Notes under the pieces: generated by a model
Database searches by the model: none
What the model was told of the DNA's origin: nothing
What the model saw: the letters and a program-made list of their open reading frames with translations, nothing else
Made by a program: the position numbers and the translations under genes
Origin: Gemmatimonadales bacterium
GTDB taxonomy: Bacteria; Gemmatimonadota; Gemmatimonadetes; Gemmatimonadales; GWC2-71-9
Direction of reading: 5' to 3'
NCBI GenBank assembly: GCA_039794085.1
Contig: JBDIWC010000006.1
Coordinates: 1 to 64,000, forward strand
Length of the DNA stretch: 64,000 bases
In this document: piece after piece, positions 35,976 through 48,930 of the stretch
Position numbering within the stretch: position 1 is the first letter of the stretch
How the letters are laid out: each line of letters starts with the position of its first letter

Positions 35976-37298
35976 TTAATAGTCTTCGGTCGGGCGCCGG
36001 CGGAGACGGTAGATCACCGCACCAATCACCAGTGCGATCCCTCCCGCCACCAGGTTGGCCCCGGTGGTGCTGGACAGAAAGGTGAGGCTCACCAGGAGCG
36101 CGGCCACCGGAATGGTGGGGCCGCCGGGAAGTCGCAGGGCCCCCGGGCGGTGCCCGAAACGCTTCCGCAGGACCGGCACCGCCGCGGCGGTCCCGATATA
36201 GGTGGTGAGCCGGGCGATGATAGAGAGCATGGCGAGTTGAACGAAGGAGCCGGACAGGGCCAGCACCAGGGCGATTCCGGTCTGGGCGATGATGGCGTTG
36301 GCCGGCGTGCGATAGCGCGGATGCACGGCGGCAAAGAGCCGGGGCCCGTACCCGTCGGTGGCGAGGGCGAAGAGATACCGTGGGCCGATCAGGATGGTGT
36401 TGCTGATGTTGCCCAGAATGGAGATCACCGCCCCCACCGTGAGGAAGAGCGCGGCCCAGCTCCCGGCAAACTGGCCCGCCGACTCGGCGAGCGGCGAGGG
36501 GGAGTCCGCCAGACCCGGCAGTGTGCCGAGCGCCACCACCTGCACCAGGGTGTAGAGCACCGTGATGATGACGATCATCGTGAGCATGGCGAACGGAACG
36601 TCCCGGCGGGGATTCCGGTATTCGCCCGCCGCCGCGGGAGCATTCTCGAAGCCGGCATAGGCGAAGAGGAGGAGGAGGGCGGCCTCGCCCAGGACTCCGG
36701 GCCGGGGAGCCTCCAGAGCCGTGACCAGCGACCAATCGACGAAGAAGAGCCCCACCACGACGAAGAACACCAGGGGGACCATCTTGATGACCACCAGGGC
36801 CACCGCGGTGCGAGCCCCGGAGCGCACCCCCACCACGTTGATCCACGCCAGCAGCGCCAGCGACCCTGTGATCAGGACGACCCGGAGGATCCCCTCATCT
36901 GCGGCGGGCCAGAGGAAGGCGAGCGCCAGCGAGAACCCGTTGGCCAGGGACGCCACCGACGCGATGCGCGCCAGCCAGGTCATCCATCCGACTTCGAATC
37001 CGACGAACGCCCCGAATGCCTCGCGAGTGTAGAGGTACGCCCCACCGGGCCCGTCGAAGTGGGTGGCGACCTCGGCGAAACAGAGCACCAGAAGCGCCAC
37101 CGCGAGGCCAGCCAGGATCACCGCCCAGGTGCTCGCGGCCCCCAGAAGCAACGCGGCGGCGGCCGGCAGGAGATAGACGCCGCTTCCGATCACATCGTTG
37201 ATCGAGAGCCCCACGAGCTGCCATCGGGACACGGCCCTGATCAATTGGGGTGGCGATGCCCCCGGATCTGCATTCGTCTGGTCCATTCCCGGATTCAC
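35976..37298 (-). CDS. APC-family amino acid permease
   Basis: IGSGVYLLP, GGAYLY..EAFG, FAYAGFE, HPRYRTP; about 12 TM helices. Confidence 0.92.
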   Translation of the reverse strand: MNPGMDQTNADPGASPPQLIRAVSRWQLVGLSINDVIGSGVYLLPAAAALLLGAASTWAVILAGLAVALLVLCFAEVATHFDGPGGAYLYTREAFGAFVGFEVGWMTWLARIASVASLANGFSLALAFLWPAADEGILRVVLITGSLALLAWINVVGVRSGARTAVALVVIKMVPLVFFVVVGLFFVDWSLVTALEAPRPGVLGEAALLLLFAYAGFENAPAAAGEYRNPRRDVPFAMLTMIVIITVLYTLVQVVALGTLPGLADSPSPLAESAGQFAGSWAALFLTVGAVISILGNISNTILIGPRYLFALATDGYGPRLFAAVHPRYRTPANAIIAQTGIALVLALSGSFVQLAMLSIIARLTTYIGTAAAVPVLRKRFGHRPGALRLPGGPTIPVAALLVSLTFLSSTTGANLVAGGIALVIGAVIYRLRRRPTEDY

Positions 37299-37402
37299 GA
37301 TTCGACCTCACAGGCGCGGGGGAAGCACGGGGGGCACCCAGGGAGGGCCCCGGAAGGGAGATGAGCCACGGCGCCCCCCTGCCCAGTGGACAAGGGGTCC
37401 GG

Positions 37403-39550
<2,148 letters not shown>

Positions 39551-39640
39551 CGATTTCCTTGCTCAACGGGCTTCCGATCCCGATATTGGGGGTCACCCAC
39601 TGACACGACGAAGTCCTCTCCATTCGCCGGGGACACCGAC

Positions 39641-41623
39641 ATGGTTCGCCTTCTGGAAGCGCTCGCCAGCCTTGTCATCCTCACGGTCCTGCTCGCGCTG
39701 GGATTGCGGGTGCAGCACGATGGCACACTCCCGGTGCCTGGCATCGGAGATCTGCCATCCGTTCTGATCCTTCCGGTGCTCGTCGCGCTTGCCATCCTGA
39801 TCGTGGTGATCACGGGGCATCGCTGGAGGCGACGGGCCCCCGCCGGGGTGTACACCGTCTTGTTGGTCCTCCCGCTCGCCGTCGGAGGCGCGGTCCGCGG
39901 ATGGAAGACCTGGACCCAGGTACGCGATCGCATACGGGTCGACGATGGGTATCCCCATTTTTTCACCCGGGCGAAGACCGAGTTGGAGAATCACGAATTC
40001 GCTCTGCGTCTCCTCGCCGCCGCAATCGGCGACCACACACTCGCGACCGGGGAACCCCCTTCCGATCCTGCTCAGGTCATGGTACCGGCGGAATGGCCTC
40101 TGCCCGAGGGATTCCGATTCGGGATCGTGGCCGAGGGCGATCGAACTGTCGCTGTCTGGTCGAACCGCAACGGCACAACCTGCCAGATCGGTCTCGGACC
40201 CCATTGGCAGCACGCGAGTCCAGGTTTCGGATTCACCTGTCATCCCTTTGACTCCGCGCGACCGACGTCCTGGGGCGATGTCCAACGCGAACCGGCCTTC
40301 GAGAGGACCGACACCTTTGCGAAGTTTCCTTTCTCCCCTTGGCCGCAATACCGTCTCGACCCCCTGCGGACCGCCACAGTCACTGGCAGCTCTCCCTCCC
40401 TCCCCCCTCCTCTCTGGTATGTCACGATCGGGGGTCCGGCACGGGCGAGCCCAAGCGTGTCAGGTCCCCTCGTCCTCATCGGAACCCACGGCACCGGGGT
40501 CCTGGAGGCCCACGACCAACAGACGGGTGACCTCGTGTGGCGAGTCCGCGAGCCCAATTGGATTCACCAGGACGCGGTCTCGGATGGCCAGAGGGTTTTC
40601 GTGGGCTTCGGCGACAACGCCAAATCCTTCGAGAGCACTGCGCCATCGGGTATCGCTGCTCATGATGTGCGGACGGGCAGACGAACCTGGACCCGGTTCG
40701 TGGACAACTCGGTCATGACCTCCCCTGTGTTGACGGGGTCCCTCGTGGTCTTCGGGTCAGCGAAGGGAGATTTTTGGGGCCTCGACAAGGCCACTGGCCA
40801 ACCCCGATGGGAGGTTCACCTCCCGGGTAACCTGGTCATGGGCCCTCCTCTGCTCATGGGGGACACCGTGGTCGTCCCCCTCGATCCCCGGGGTATGTGC
40901 GCGCTTCTCGCCTCGACGGGAGAGACCCTCTGGTGCACCAAGCTCCCTCGCGTCGGCCTTCGCCTCGGACACATCTCGCCAGCGGTGGCGATGAATCGTG
41001 TCTACGGAACCTTCGGTGTTTACCCCTCCTCGGTTGGCGAAATGCTCTGGGAGTACCGCCAGAGTTCCCTTTCCATGCTGTGGTCGTTGATGACGACCGG
41101 TGTGGATCCTGTCGAGACCCATCAAGTAACCTTCGCTCTGTCTTTGCCCACCGGAGCGCTCCTGTGGCAAAGCTCCCTGGACGAGAGCCGGTGCTGTAAA
41201 GAAGCGGGCCAAGGTGGTCATATGTCCGGTACCCCCGTTCCGGTGGTCGAGGACTCCACGCTGCTTGTCGTCGATCCCATCTCGAACCGCCTCTACCGCC
41301 TCGATGCAATGACCGGGGCCCGCCTCGCCACGAGTGCACCGTTGGGGCTGTACCCGAGAGGCCCAGCGTTGGTGGTTGACACCACGGTGATCGCCGCTGA
41401 CCGAAATGGAATCCTTCACGTTCTCGACCGGGACACCTTGCGGGAGCGTTGTCCCATCCCCCTCGGCGAGCCCTTTGACCGCACCGGGCCAACCCTCGCA
41501 AACGGGGCACTCATCCTTGCCGGACGGGCTGGAGGACTCTATTCCATCCCCCTGAACGACGTCCTCCGCTGCGACCCGACCCTGCCCGACCGCATCGCCC
41601 GGTTGAGGGAGGCCGGGACCTGA
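39641..41623 (+). CDS. Membrane protein with PQQ/BamB-like beta-propeller
   Basis: Three N-terminal hydrophobic helices; WPQYR..P.RT and repeated TG..W motifs. Confidence 0.72.
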   Translation: MVRLLEALASLVILTVLLALGLRVQHDGTLPVPGIGDLPSVLILPVLVALAILIVVITGHRWRRRAPAGVYTVLLVLPLAVGGAVRGWKTWTQVRDRIRVDDGYPHFFTRAKTELENHEFALRLLAAAIGDHTLATGEPPSDPAQVMVPAEWPLPEGFRFGIVAEGDRTVAVWSNRNGTTCQIGLGPHWQHASPGFGFTCHPFDSARPTSWGDVQREPAFERTDTFAKFPFSPWPQYRLDPLRTATVTGSSPSLPPPLWYVTIGGPARASPSVSGPLVLIGTHGTGVLEAHDQQTGDLVWRVREPNWIHQDAVSDGQRVFVGFGDNAKSFESTAPSGIAAHDVRTGRRTWTRFVDNSVMTSPVLTGSLVVFGSAKGDFWGLDKATGQPRWEVHLPGNLVMGPPLLMGDTVVVPLDPRGMCALLASTGETLWCTKLPRVGLRLGHISPAVAMNRVYGTFGVYPSSVGEMLWEYRQSSLSMLWSLMTTGVDPVETHQVTFALSLPTGALLWQSSLDESRCCKEAGQGGHMSGTPVPVVEDSTLLVVDPISNRLYRLDAMTGARLATSAPLGLYPRGPALVVDTTVIAADRNGILHVLDRDTLRERCPIPLGEPFDRTGPTLANGALILAGRAGGLYSIPLNDVLRCDPTLPDRIARLREAGT

Positions 41624-41690
41624 CCCGCCTCCAAACCACTCCCCGACACCTCCGAACGGGATACCCCACACCCACACTCTTGCCGATTAC

Positions 41691-41727
41691 TGCCATTTTG
41701 GCGCCTTTCTTCGGTACAGCCGTTGCT
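41691..41727 (+). promoter_or_regulatory. sigma54-type promoter with upstream TGCCA/TGGCG palindrome
   Basis: CGGTACAGCCGTTGCT gives GG(41713)-N10-GC(41725); TGCCATTTTGGCG at 41691. Confidence 0.6.
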
Positions 41728-41814
41728 TGGAAGACACTCCAGTACGCCGCAGGTGGGCGCACATCATGGATGTTGGAGTTATAACTACTTACATTTCAAC
41801 GGATTGAGAGAGAA

Positions 41815-43737
41815 ATGGCCTCCAAAATCATCGGTATCGACCTGGGTACCACCAACTCGGTCGTCGCAGTCATGGAGGGTGGGGACCCGGTCGTCATCCC
41901 GAACGCCGAGGGAGGCCGGACCACGCCATCCGTGGTGGCGTTCACCAAGGATGGTGAGCGCCTCGTGGGCCAGGTGGCCAAGCGTCAGGCCGTCACCAAC
42001 CCGGCGCAGACGATCTTTTCCATCAAGCGGTTCATGGGTCGCATGATGGGGGAGATCACCCAGGAGGTGAGCCGGGTGCCCTACAAGGTGAGCGCGGCGA
42101 AGGGCAGTCTGGCGGCGGTGGAGATCGCCGGCAAGTCCTACACCCCCCCCGAAATCTCCGCCATGATCCTGCAGAAGATGAAGCAGACGGCGGAGGACTA
42201 TCTCGGCACGACGGTGGACAAGGCCGTCATCACCGTTCCCGCGTATTTCAACGACGCCCAGCGCCAGGCCACGAAGGATGCCGGGAAGATCGCGGGACTC
42301 GAGGTGCTCCGGATCATCAACGAGCCGACCGCCGCGGCCCTGGCCTATGGCCTGGATCGCAAGAAAGAGGAGAAGATCGCGGTGTTCGACCTCGGGGGCG
42401 GCACCTATGACATCTCGATCCTGGAACTCGCCGAGGGGGTCTTCGAGGTGAAGAGCACCAATGGAGACACCCACCTCGGGGGAGACGATTTCGACCAGCG
42501 CCTCATCGACTGGCTGGTGGCCGAATTCAAGAAGGACCAGGGGATCGATCTCTCCAAGGACGCCATGGCCCTGCAGCGACTCAAGGAGGCGGCCGAAAAG
42601 GCGAAGATGGAGCTGTCGAGCACCCAGCAGACCGACATCAACCTCCCCTTCATCACGGCCGATCAATCGGGACCGAAGCACCTGAATCTGACCCTCACCC
42701 GGGCCAAGTTCGAGCAGCTGGTCGAGGATCTGGTCCAGCGGACCATCCCGCCGATGGAGAAGGCGCTCAAGGATGCGGGGCTCAAGACCAGCGACATCGA
42801 CGAAGTGATCCTGGTCGGTGGCTCCACCCGGATTCCGAAGATCCAGGAGATCGTCAAGACCTTCTTCGGGAAGGAGCCGAACCGGTCGGTGAACCCCGAC
42901 GAAGTTGTGGCCATTGGCGCCGCCATCCAGGGGGGCGTCCTGGGTGGAGAGGTGAAGGACGTGCTGTTGCTCGACGTGACCCCGCTTTCGCTTGGCATCG
43001 AGACTCTGGGGGGGGTGACCACCGTCCTGATTCCCCGCAACACTACGATTCCGACCAAGAAGTCGGAGACGTTCTCGACCGCGGAGGACAATCAGACCAC
43101 GGTGGAGATCCACGTCCTTCAGGGTGAACGCCAGATGGCGGTGGACAACCGGACCATCGGCAAGTTCCAGCTGACCGGCATTCCACCCGCCCCGCGCGGC
43201 ATGCCGCAGGTGGAGGTGACGTTCGACCTCGATGCCAACGGCATCCTGCACGTGTCCGCCAAGGACAAGGCGACGGGCAAGGAGCAGAAGATCCGGATCG
43301 AGGCCTCCAGCGGGCTCTCCGACGCCGACATCGACAAGATGGTGAAGGCGGCGGAGGCGAACCAGGCCGAGGACAAGGAACGCCGGGACCAGATCGAGGC
43401 GCGCAACCAGCTCGATGGCTTGGTGTACCGGGTGGAGAAGGACAGCAAGGAGTGGGTGGAGCGCCTGACTCCCGAGGTGAAGGGTCGCCTCGATGCGGCA
43501 CTCGAGAGTGGCAAGAGTGCCCTTCGGACCGGGGAGACCGCGGGAATCCGGACCGCCCTGGACGAGTTGAACGCAGCCTACTCCGCGGCCGGGGCGTCGT
43601 TGTACGAAGCGTCGACGGCGACCGGGGGTGATGGGGAGGCGCCGTCGGCGGACGCGGGCCCCGCCGGGGGCGAGGCGTCCCAGGAGGATGTCGTCGAGGC
43701 GGATTACGAGATCGTGGACGAGAAGAAGCCGTCCTGA
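41815..43737 (+). CDS. dnaK: Molecular chaperone DnaK
   Basis: [30 protein letters not shown] and [11 protein letters not shown]. Confidence 0.98.
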   Translation: MASKIIGIDLGTTNSVVAVMEGGDPVVIPNAEGGRTTPSVVAFTKDGERLVGQVAKRQAVTNPAQTIFSIKRFMGRMMGEITQEVSRVPYKVSAAKGSLAAVEIAGKSYTPPEISAMILQKMKQTAEDYLGTTVDKAVITVPAYFNDAQRQATKDAGKIAGLEVLRIINEPTAAALAYGLDRKKEEKIAVFDLGGGTYDISILELAEGVFEVKSTNGDTHLGGDDFDQRLIDWLVAEFKKDQGIDLSKDAMALQRLKEAAEKAKMELSSTQQTDINLPFITADQSGPKHLNLTLTRAKFEQLVEDLVQRTIPPMEKALKDAGLKTSDIDEVILVGGSTRIPKIQEIVKTFFGKEPNRSVNPDEVVAIGAAIQGGVLGGEVKDVLLLDVTPLSLGIETLGGVTTVLIPRNTTIPTKKSETFSTAEDNQTTVEIHVLQGERQMAVDNRTIGKFQLTGIPPAPRGMPQVEVTFDLDANGILHVSAKDKATGKEQKIRIEASSGLSDADIDKMVKAAEANQAEDKERRDQIEARNQLDGLVYRVEKDSKEWVERLTPEVKGRLDAALESGKSALRTGETAGIRTALDELNAAYSAAGASLYEASTATGGDGEAPSADAGPAGGEASQEDVVEADYEIVDEKKPS

Positions 43738-43877
43738 CGCACCGACCGAGGCGACGCTTGCCGGTCGCCGGGCATCTGAAGGTCTGGGAACAACCTCCGG
43801 CCCGAATCCTTCCCCGGGGGTTGTTCGTCAGGGTAGTATTGTAAGGGATTGCGGTCTTCATTCAGCAGGCAGGTACT

Positions 43878-45452
43878 ATGTCCGTTCGTTCACGCAATTG
43901 GCTCAAGTTCGGTGGCCTGGTTGGGTTGGCGTTTGCCCTGGGGCTGCTCTTCGCGGGGTTGCTGGACCTCCCGAGTTCGGGAGTTGCCCAGCAGCAGGCC
44001 ACTCCGGTGCTCCCCGCGCGGGGGGACCTCCGCTCTTCCCCGATCAATGGCACGCAGCCCCTCACCACACTCAGCGATGCCTTTGCCGCCGTGGTGGAGC
44101 ATGTCCGGCCCAGCGTGGTGTACATCACCTCCATGCGGACCGGCACGACCACGGCTCGACGGCTTCCCCCCGGGTTCGAGCAGTTCTTCCAGAGACAGGA
44201 GCCCCAGGTGGAACGGGGGAGCGGATCGGGTTTCATCGTCTCCAATGATGGCTACATCCTGACCAACAACCATGTCGTGGAAAATGCCGAGCGGGTTCAG
44301 GTCCGGCTGCTCGACCGTCGCGAATTCACGGCCAAGGTGATCGGTTCCGATCCCACGACCGACGTGGCCGTCCTGAAGATCGACGCCACGGGACTGACCC
44401 CCGCGACGCTCGGCCAGAGCGGGTCGGCCCGGGTGGGCGAATGGGTTCTGGCCATCGGCAATCCGCTGGGTGAGGGGCTCACCTTCACGGTGACCAGCGG
44501 GATCGTCAGCGCCAAGGGACGGGGATCCCTCGGGCTCGGCAACAACGCGGGCCTCGGGATCCAGGATTTCATCCAGACCGACGCCGCGATCAACCCCGGC
44601 AACTCGGGAGGGCCGCTCGTCAATGTGCGCGGCGAGGTAATCGGGATCAACTCGGCAATCGCCAGCCAGACCGGCTACAACGTGGGCTACGGGTTCGCCA
44701 TCCCGATCGACCTGGCGAACAACGTCATGTCTCAATTGATCGCCACCGGCAAGGTGCAGCGGTCGGTGCTCGGAGTGAGCGTCCAGGATGTGACGGAGGA
44801 AGCGGCGGAGTATGCCGGTCTCGACCGTATCCATGGCGTGATCGTCCAAGGATTTACCGGCACCAACTCTCCGGCCGAGCGGGCCGGTCTGGAGCGGGGA
44901 GACATCATCGTGTCGGTCGACGGTCAGCCGGTGGACTACATCGCCCAGCTGCAGCAGATGGTCGGGTTCCGCAAGCCCGGCGAGGTGGTCCGGGTCGAGG
45001 TGGCGCGCCGGAATGGCGCCCGGAAAACCTACCAGATCCGGCTCACCGCCCAGGATCCCGAGGAGCTTGCCTCGGGTGCCCAACCGGCCGAGGACCGTGG
45101 GTCACCCTCCCGGGACGGGAGCGAACTGAGCCGTCTGGGGATCCGGATGGAGTCGCTCACGCCGGAATGGACCCGCAACCTGCGGCTTCCGACGTCCGTC
45201 CGGGCGGGAGTGGTGGTGACCTCGATCACGCCAGGGGGACCCGCCGAGCGGGCAGGTCTGATCCCCGCTGACAGGGGCGTGACCCCGGACATCATTACCG
45301 AGGTGGATGGATCGCCGGTTCGGAACGAGGCCGAACTGCGCGCGGCCCTGCAGAACGCGAGTGGGGTCGTCGCCCTCACCGTGTACAACCGGGGCGTCAA
45401 CCAGGGCCTGGGAGAGTCCCGGATTGTCCATATCCGCCTCGACCCGAAGTAA
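43878..45452 (+). CDS. degP: HtrA/DegP serine protease with two PDZ domains
   Basis: TNNHVV, DVAVLK and QTDAAINPGNSGG catalytic triad context. Confidence 0.93.
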   Translation: MSVRSRNWLKFGGLVGLAFALGLLFAGLLDLPSSGVAQQQATPVLPARGDLRSSPINGTQPLTTLSDAFAAVVEHVRPSVVYITSMRTGTTTARRLPPGFEQFFQRQEPQVERGSGSGFIVSNDGYILTNNHVVENAERVQVRLLDRREFTAKVIGSDPTTDVAVLKIDATGLTPATLGQSGSARVGEWVLAIGNPLGEGLTFTVTSGIVSAKGRGSLGLGNNAGLGIQDFIQTDAAINPGNSGGPLVNVRGEVIGINSAIASQTGYNVGYGFAIPIDLANNVMSQLIATGKVQRSVLGVSVQDVTEEAAEYAGLDRIHGVIVQGFTGTNSPAERAGLERGDIIVSVDGQPVDYIAQLQQMVGFRKPGEVVRVEVARRNGARKTYQIRLTAQDPEELASGAQPAEDRGSPSRDGSELSRLGIRMESLTPEWTRNLRLPTSVRAGVVVTSITPGGPAERAGLIPADRGVTPDIITEVDGSPVRNEAELRAALQNASGVVALTVYNRGVNQGLGESRIVHIRLDPK

Positions 45453-45464
45453 AGCGGCCGCGGC

Positions 45465-45833
45465 CTACTTCTTGGGAGGGACCTCGATGCCGTTGGCCGA
45501 GGCCACCGAATCCCAGGCGGACCATCCCCAGCCTGTGAGCTGGCCATCCACCACCACGAGAGGCGTCAGGGACCGTGGGGCGGACTCGGCCAGCTCCTGG
45601 GCGGATTGCCCCTCCCGGGCATACAGCAACGCTTCGATGTAGTGTCCGTTGACGAGATAGGGAAGTTCGTGGGGCTGGGCGGCTCCCATGATGGACTGGG
45701 CGCTGTCTTTGGTGATCCCGACCGTCAGCGCACCGGTGCGGGGATCGGACGAGGAGCATGCGGCGGTGAGCAGCAGGGCTGCGGCGCAGAGTGTGGAGCG
45801 TGACACGGTGGTACTCCGGGGACAAGGGGTCAT
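45465..45833 (-). CDS. Hypothetical lipoprotein
   Basis: Lipobox LTAAC; TPLVVVDGQLTGWG C-terminus. Confidence 0.7.
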   Translation of the reverse strand: MTPCPRSTTVSRSTLCAAALLLTAACSSSDPRTGALTVGITKDSAQSIMGAAQPHELPYLVNGHYIEALLYAREGQSAQELAESAPRSLTPLVVVDGQLTGWGWSAWDSVASANGIEVPPKK

Positions 45834-45930
45834 GGCACCGGGGCAACCGGCAGGCCGCCCCGAGGGAAACCTAATCGCGGGGGGAAGCAAACGGAGTCCC
45901 GGCGACCTCAACCAGGAAAGGGCGACCCGC

Positions 45931-46308
45931 ATGCCAGGCGATCCTTCCGACCGGGATAAGGTCCTCGATCCCTCCATCCTGGAAAGCTACCGTCTGCTTC
46001 AGGAAGAGGGCGAACCGGACCTGATCACCGAGTTGGTCGATGCCTTCCTGGCAGACCTCGAGGAGCGGATCCGGGTCATCCGCCAGGCGATCGCCCGGGG
46101 AGATCCTGCGGCGCTTCGGTCCGCGGCCCACGCCCTCAAGGGAAGCGCCGGGACGGTGGGGGCCACGGGGCTCGCCCTTCGCTGCGGGGAGCTGGAGGCC
46201 GCGGGGCGCGAGGGCCGCCTGGAAGGGGCCGATCGTCTCCTGAAAGAACTCACCGAGCTGATCCCGGGCGTCACCCTGGCGCTCACCGGCCTTCGGAAAA
46301 CCTCCTGA
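45931..46308 (+). CDS. Hpt phosphotransfer domain protein
   Basis: AAHALKGSAG motif; AGGA upstream. Confidence 0.9.
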   Translation: MPGDPSDRDKVLDPSILESYRLLQEEGEPDLITELVDAFLADLEERIRVIRQAIARGDPAALRSAAHALKGSAGTVGATGLALRCGELEAAGREGRLEGADRLLKELTELIPGVTLALTGLRKTS

Positions 46309-46375
46309 GGGCGGCGTCCCGCGCGGATCCCGGTCAACCTCCCGCCGGGACCGATGTAGTTTTCACTCCGCGCAG

Positions 46376-46457
46376 GCGAACGTGGCGAAACTGGCAGACG
46401 CGCAGGACTTAGGATCCTGTGGGGAAACCCATCCGGGTTCGACTCCCGGCGTTCGCA
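46376..46457 (+). tRNA. tRNA-Leu (TAG)
   Basis: GCGAACG/CGTTCGC acceptor stem, CAGGA-CTTAGGA-TCCTG anticodon arm, long variable arm, GGTTCGACTCC T-loop; CCA not encoded. Confidence 0.95.
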
Positions 46458-46910
46458 TCAGGAAGTTCGGTCGGTCCGGGAGTTCGGGGGTGGAGCAGAT
46501 CGGTGAATGGCCAGGCGCACCGAGTCGATGAGCAGTTCCAGATCATCCAGCTTGGAGTGGAGCGGAGCATCGAGCTCCTCCGCCATCTGCTGCACCACAC
46601 CCTCCTCGGCCACTCCGGTGAAGAACACGAGGCGACCCCGCAGATCCGGCCGGATCTCCAGCATGAGAGGGTGCAGGTGCTCGCCTCCCAGGGAGGTCGG
46701 CATGAGGATATCGAGAATCACGGCGTCTATCGGTCCGGGCTCCCGGGCGATGGCCAGCGCTTCGTCTCCTCCCGATGCCTCGACCACGTGGAAACCGGCG
46801 CGTTCCAGCGTGCGACGGACCACCGACCGCACTGCGGGCTCATCATCCACGAGGAGAACCGTCGGTGGAGAACCTTTCCCGCGGGTTTCGGGTGTCCGGG
46901 AGAGTGGCAT
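46458..46910 (-). CDS. Single-domain response regulator receiver
   Basis: VLLVDDE, ILDILMP, FTG and conserved Lys. Confidence 0.85.
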   Translation of the reverse strand: MPLSRTPETRGKGSPPTVLLVDDEPAVRSVVRRTLERAGFHVVEASGGDEALAIAREPGPIDAVILDILMPTSLGGEHLHPLMLEIRPDLRGRLVFFTGVAEEGVVQQMAEELDAPLHSKLDDLELLIDSVRLAIHRSAPPPNSRTDRTS

Positions 46911-46995
46911 GTGTCAGTAAAGCTACGCCAATTCGTCTCCGGGCGAAACCGGCAAATTGACCCCCTTCGTAGGAACCGGGTAGATTTGTTCCCCT

Positions 46996-48249
46996 ATGAC
47001 TGATATCCAGGTTCAGAAGACCGGTGAAGACCTCGCGTCCCGCTCGTTGCAGATCACGATCCCGGTGGACCGCGTGGCCGCCGCCGAGGCCCACGCCGTA
47101 CGGCACTACACCCGCCGGGCTCGTGTCCCGGGTTTTCGGCCGGGAAAGGCCCCCGAGGCCGTCATCCGAAAGCGGTTCAGCTCCGAGATCCGGGAATCGG
47201 CCCTGCAGGAGGTTCTGCGGGCCGGCTGGGAACGGGCCAAGGAATCCGAGTCTCTTGCTCCGATAGCCGACCCCTCAATCCGGAACCTCAAGTATGAGGA
47301 CGGTCAGCCGGTGGAGTTCGAGCTGCTGGTCGAGGTTCAGCCGAAGCTGACTCTCGGGAGAACGGGCGGCTTCACGGTCACCCGCACCCTCCCCACTGTG
47401 AGCGATGACCAGGTTGGGGAGCAGATCGAGAAGCTTCGGGAGGAGAAGGCGGCCTGGATCCCGGTGGAGGGAGAGCGCCCCGGTCCGGGGCACATGGTCC
47501 GGGTTGAGGTTGCTCCCCTCGAGGAGGGCACGGCGCACGAGGCCAAGCCCTACACGATGGTCCTTGGCTCGGGGCAGGCGATTCCCGACTTGGAGGAAAA
47601 GATCATGCACCTTCTCCCCGGGGAGCAGGTGGAGACCGAGGTCCGCTTTCCGGATGATTTTGAGGATGAAACGCGCCGGGGCCAGACCCGACGGGTACAA
47701 ATCGTGCTGCACGACGTGAAGCGGCAGGAACTTCCTCCCCTGGACGACTCGTTCGCCCGGGAACTGGGGGAGTTTGACTCCCTGGAAGCCGTGCGGGCCG
47801 CGGTCCGCGCCGACCTGGAGGCTGAGGCCTCCCGGAGTGCGGATGCCGAGGTCCGGGCCCAGTTGATCCGGCGGATTGCGGAGACGAACCGGGTCGAGGC
47901 GCCGCGAGCCATGGTGGAGCGGGTTCTGGGGGCCTTTGCCCAGGCCTACGAGGTTCCGGAGGACCGGTTCGAGACCTTTGCGCAACAGTTTGCTCCCATC
48001 GCGGCGGAGCGGGTGGTCCGCGACCTGATCATCGGAGCGGTGGCGGAGGCGGAATCCCTGAGGGCCACGGAGGAGGATATCGATGCCCGGGTGGCTCACA
48101 TCGCGGAGGGCCGGGGTGTCCCGGCGGGCCAGGTCTATGCCTCGCTCCAGAAGGCCAACCGTCTGGCCGAAATAGAAATGTCCGTGACGGAAGAGAAGGT
48201 CTTCGCCTTCCTCCTGTCCACGTCCACCGTGACCGAGGTCGCCTCGTGA
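46996..48249 (+). CDS. tig: Trigger factor
   Basis: PGFRPGKAP ribosome-binding motif; FKBP-like middle; precedes clpP. Confidence 0.95.
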   Translation: MTDIQVQKTGEDLASRSLQITIPVDRVAAAEAHAVRHYTRRARVPGFRPGKAPEAVIRKRFSSEIRESALQEVLRAGWERAKESESLAPIADPSIRNLKYEDGQPVEFELLVEVQPKLTLGRTGGFTVTRTLPTVSDDQVGEQIEKLREEKAAWIPVEGERPGPGHMVRVEVAPLEEGTAHEAKPYTMVLGSGQAIPDLEEKIMHLLPGEQVETEVRFPDDFEDETRRGQTRRVQIVLHDVKRQELPPLDDSFARELGEFDSLEAVRAAVRADLEAEASRSADAEVRAQLIRRIAETNRVEAPRAMVERVLGAFAQAYEVPEDRFETFAQQFAPIAAERVVRDLIIGAVAEAESLRATEEDIDARVAHIAEGRGVPAGQVYASLQKANRLAEIEMSVTEEKVFAFLLSTSTVTEVAS

Positions 48250-48869
48250 CGACGTCCGCCCTGTATCCGCCCTACATCATCGAACGGTCGAGCCGGGGAG
48301 AGCGCACCTACGACATCTTCTCCCGGCTCCTCATGGACCGGATCGTCTTCCTGGGGGCGCCGATCAACGACGACGTGGCGAACATCATCATCGCCCAGTT
48401 GCTCTTTCTCGATGCGGACAACGCGGAGAAGGACATCTACCTCTACATCAACTCCCCCGGGGGTGTGGTGTCGAGCGGGATGGCGATCTATGACACCATG
48501 CAGCACCTGCGGGCGCCGATCAACACCATCTGCATGGGGATGGCCGCCTCGATGGGGTCCTTCCTCCTGGCGGCCGGGCGGGCGGGCAAGCGCAGCGCCT
48601 TGCCCCACGCTCGGCTCATGATCCACCAACCGTCGGGCGGCACCCAGGGAACCGCGGCGGACATCGAGATCCAGGCACGGGAAATCCTCTATCTTCGGCG
48701 CCGGATCAACGAGCTCTACGCTCACCACACGGGGCAGACGGTGGAGACGATCGAGAAGGACATGGACCGGGACCGGTTCATGAGCGCGGAGGAGGCGAAG
48801 GACTACGGCCTCATCGACACCGTGTTCACGCCCCGGGCCGCTCCGGCATCCGGAGGCAAGACACCTTGA
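48246..48869 (+). CDS. clpP: ATP-dependent Clp protease proteolytic subunit
   Basis: [25 protein letters not shown] and DRDRFM. Confidence 0.97.
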   Translation: MTTSALYPPYIIERSSRGERTYDIFSRLLMDRIVFLGAPINDDVANIIIAQLLFLDADNAEKDIYLYINSPGGVVSSGMAIYDTMQHLRAPINTICMGMAASMGSFLLAAGRAGKRSALPHARLMIHQPSGGTQGTAADIEIQAREILYLRRRINELYAHHTGQTVETIEKDMDRDRFMSAEEAKDYGLIDTVFTPRAAPASGGKTP

Positions 48870-48930
48870 CGGGACGGCGGGAGTGGCGGCACCTTCCGGC
48901 ACCCCTCAGTGATTGGCGGCGGTGACCCCC

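Noticed and set aside
41785..43251. 488-aa ORF antisense to dnaK
   Set aside because: Well-known antisense open frame of dnaK genes; no independent expression signals
46376..46460. tRNA-Leu as an island attachment site
   Set aside because: No duplicated tRNA 3' end or integrase seen in the window
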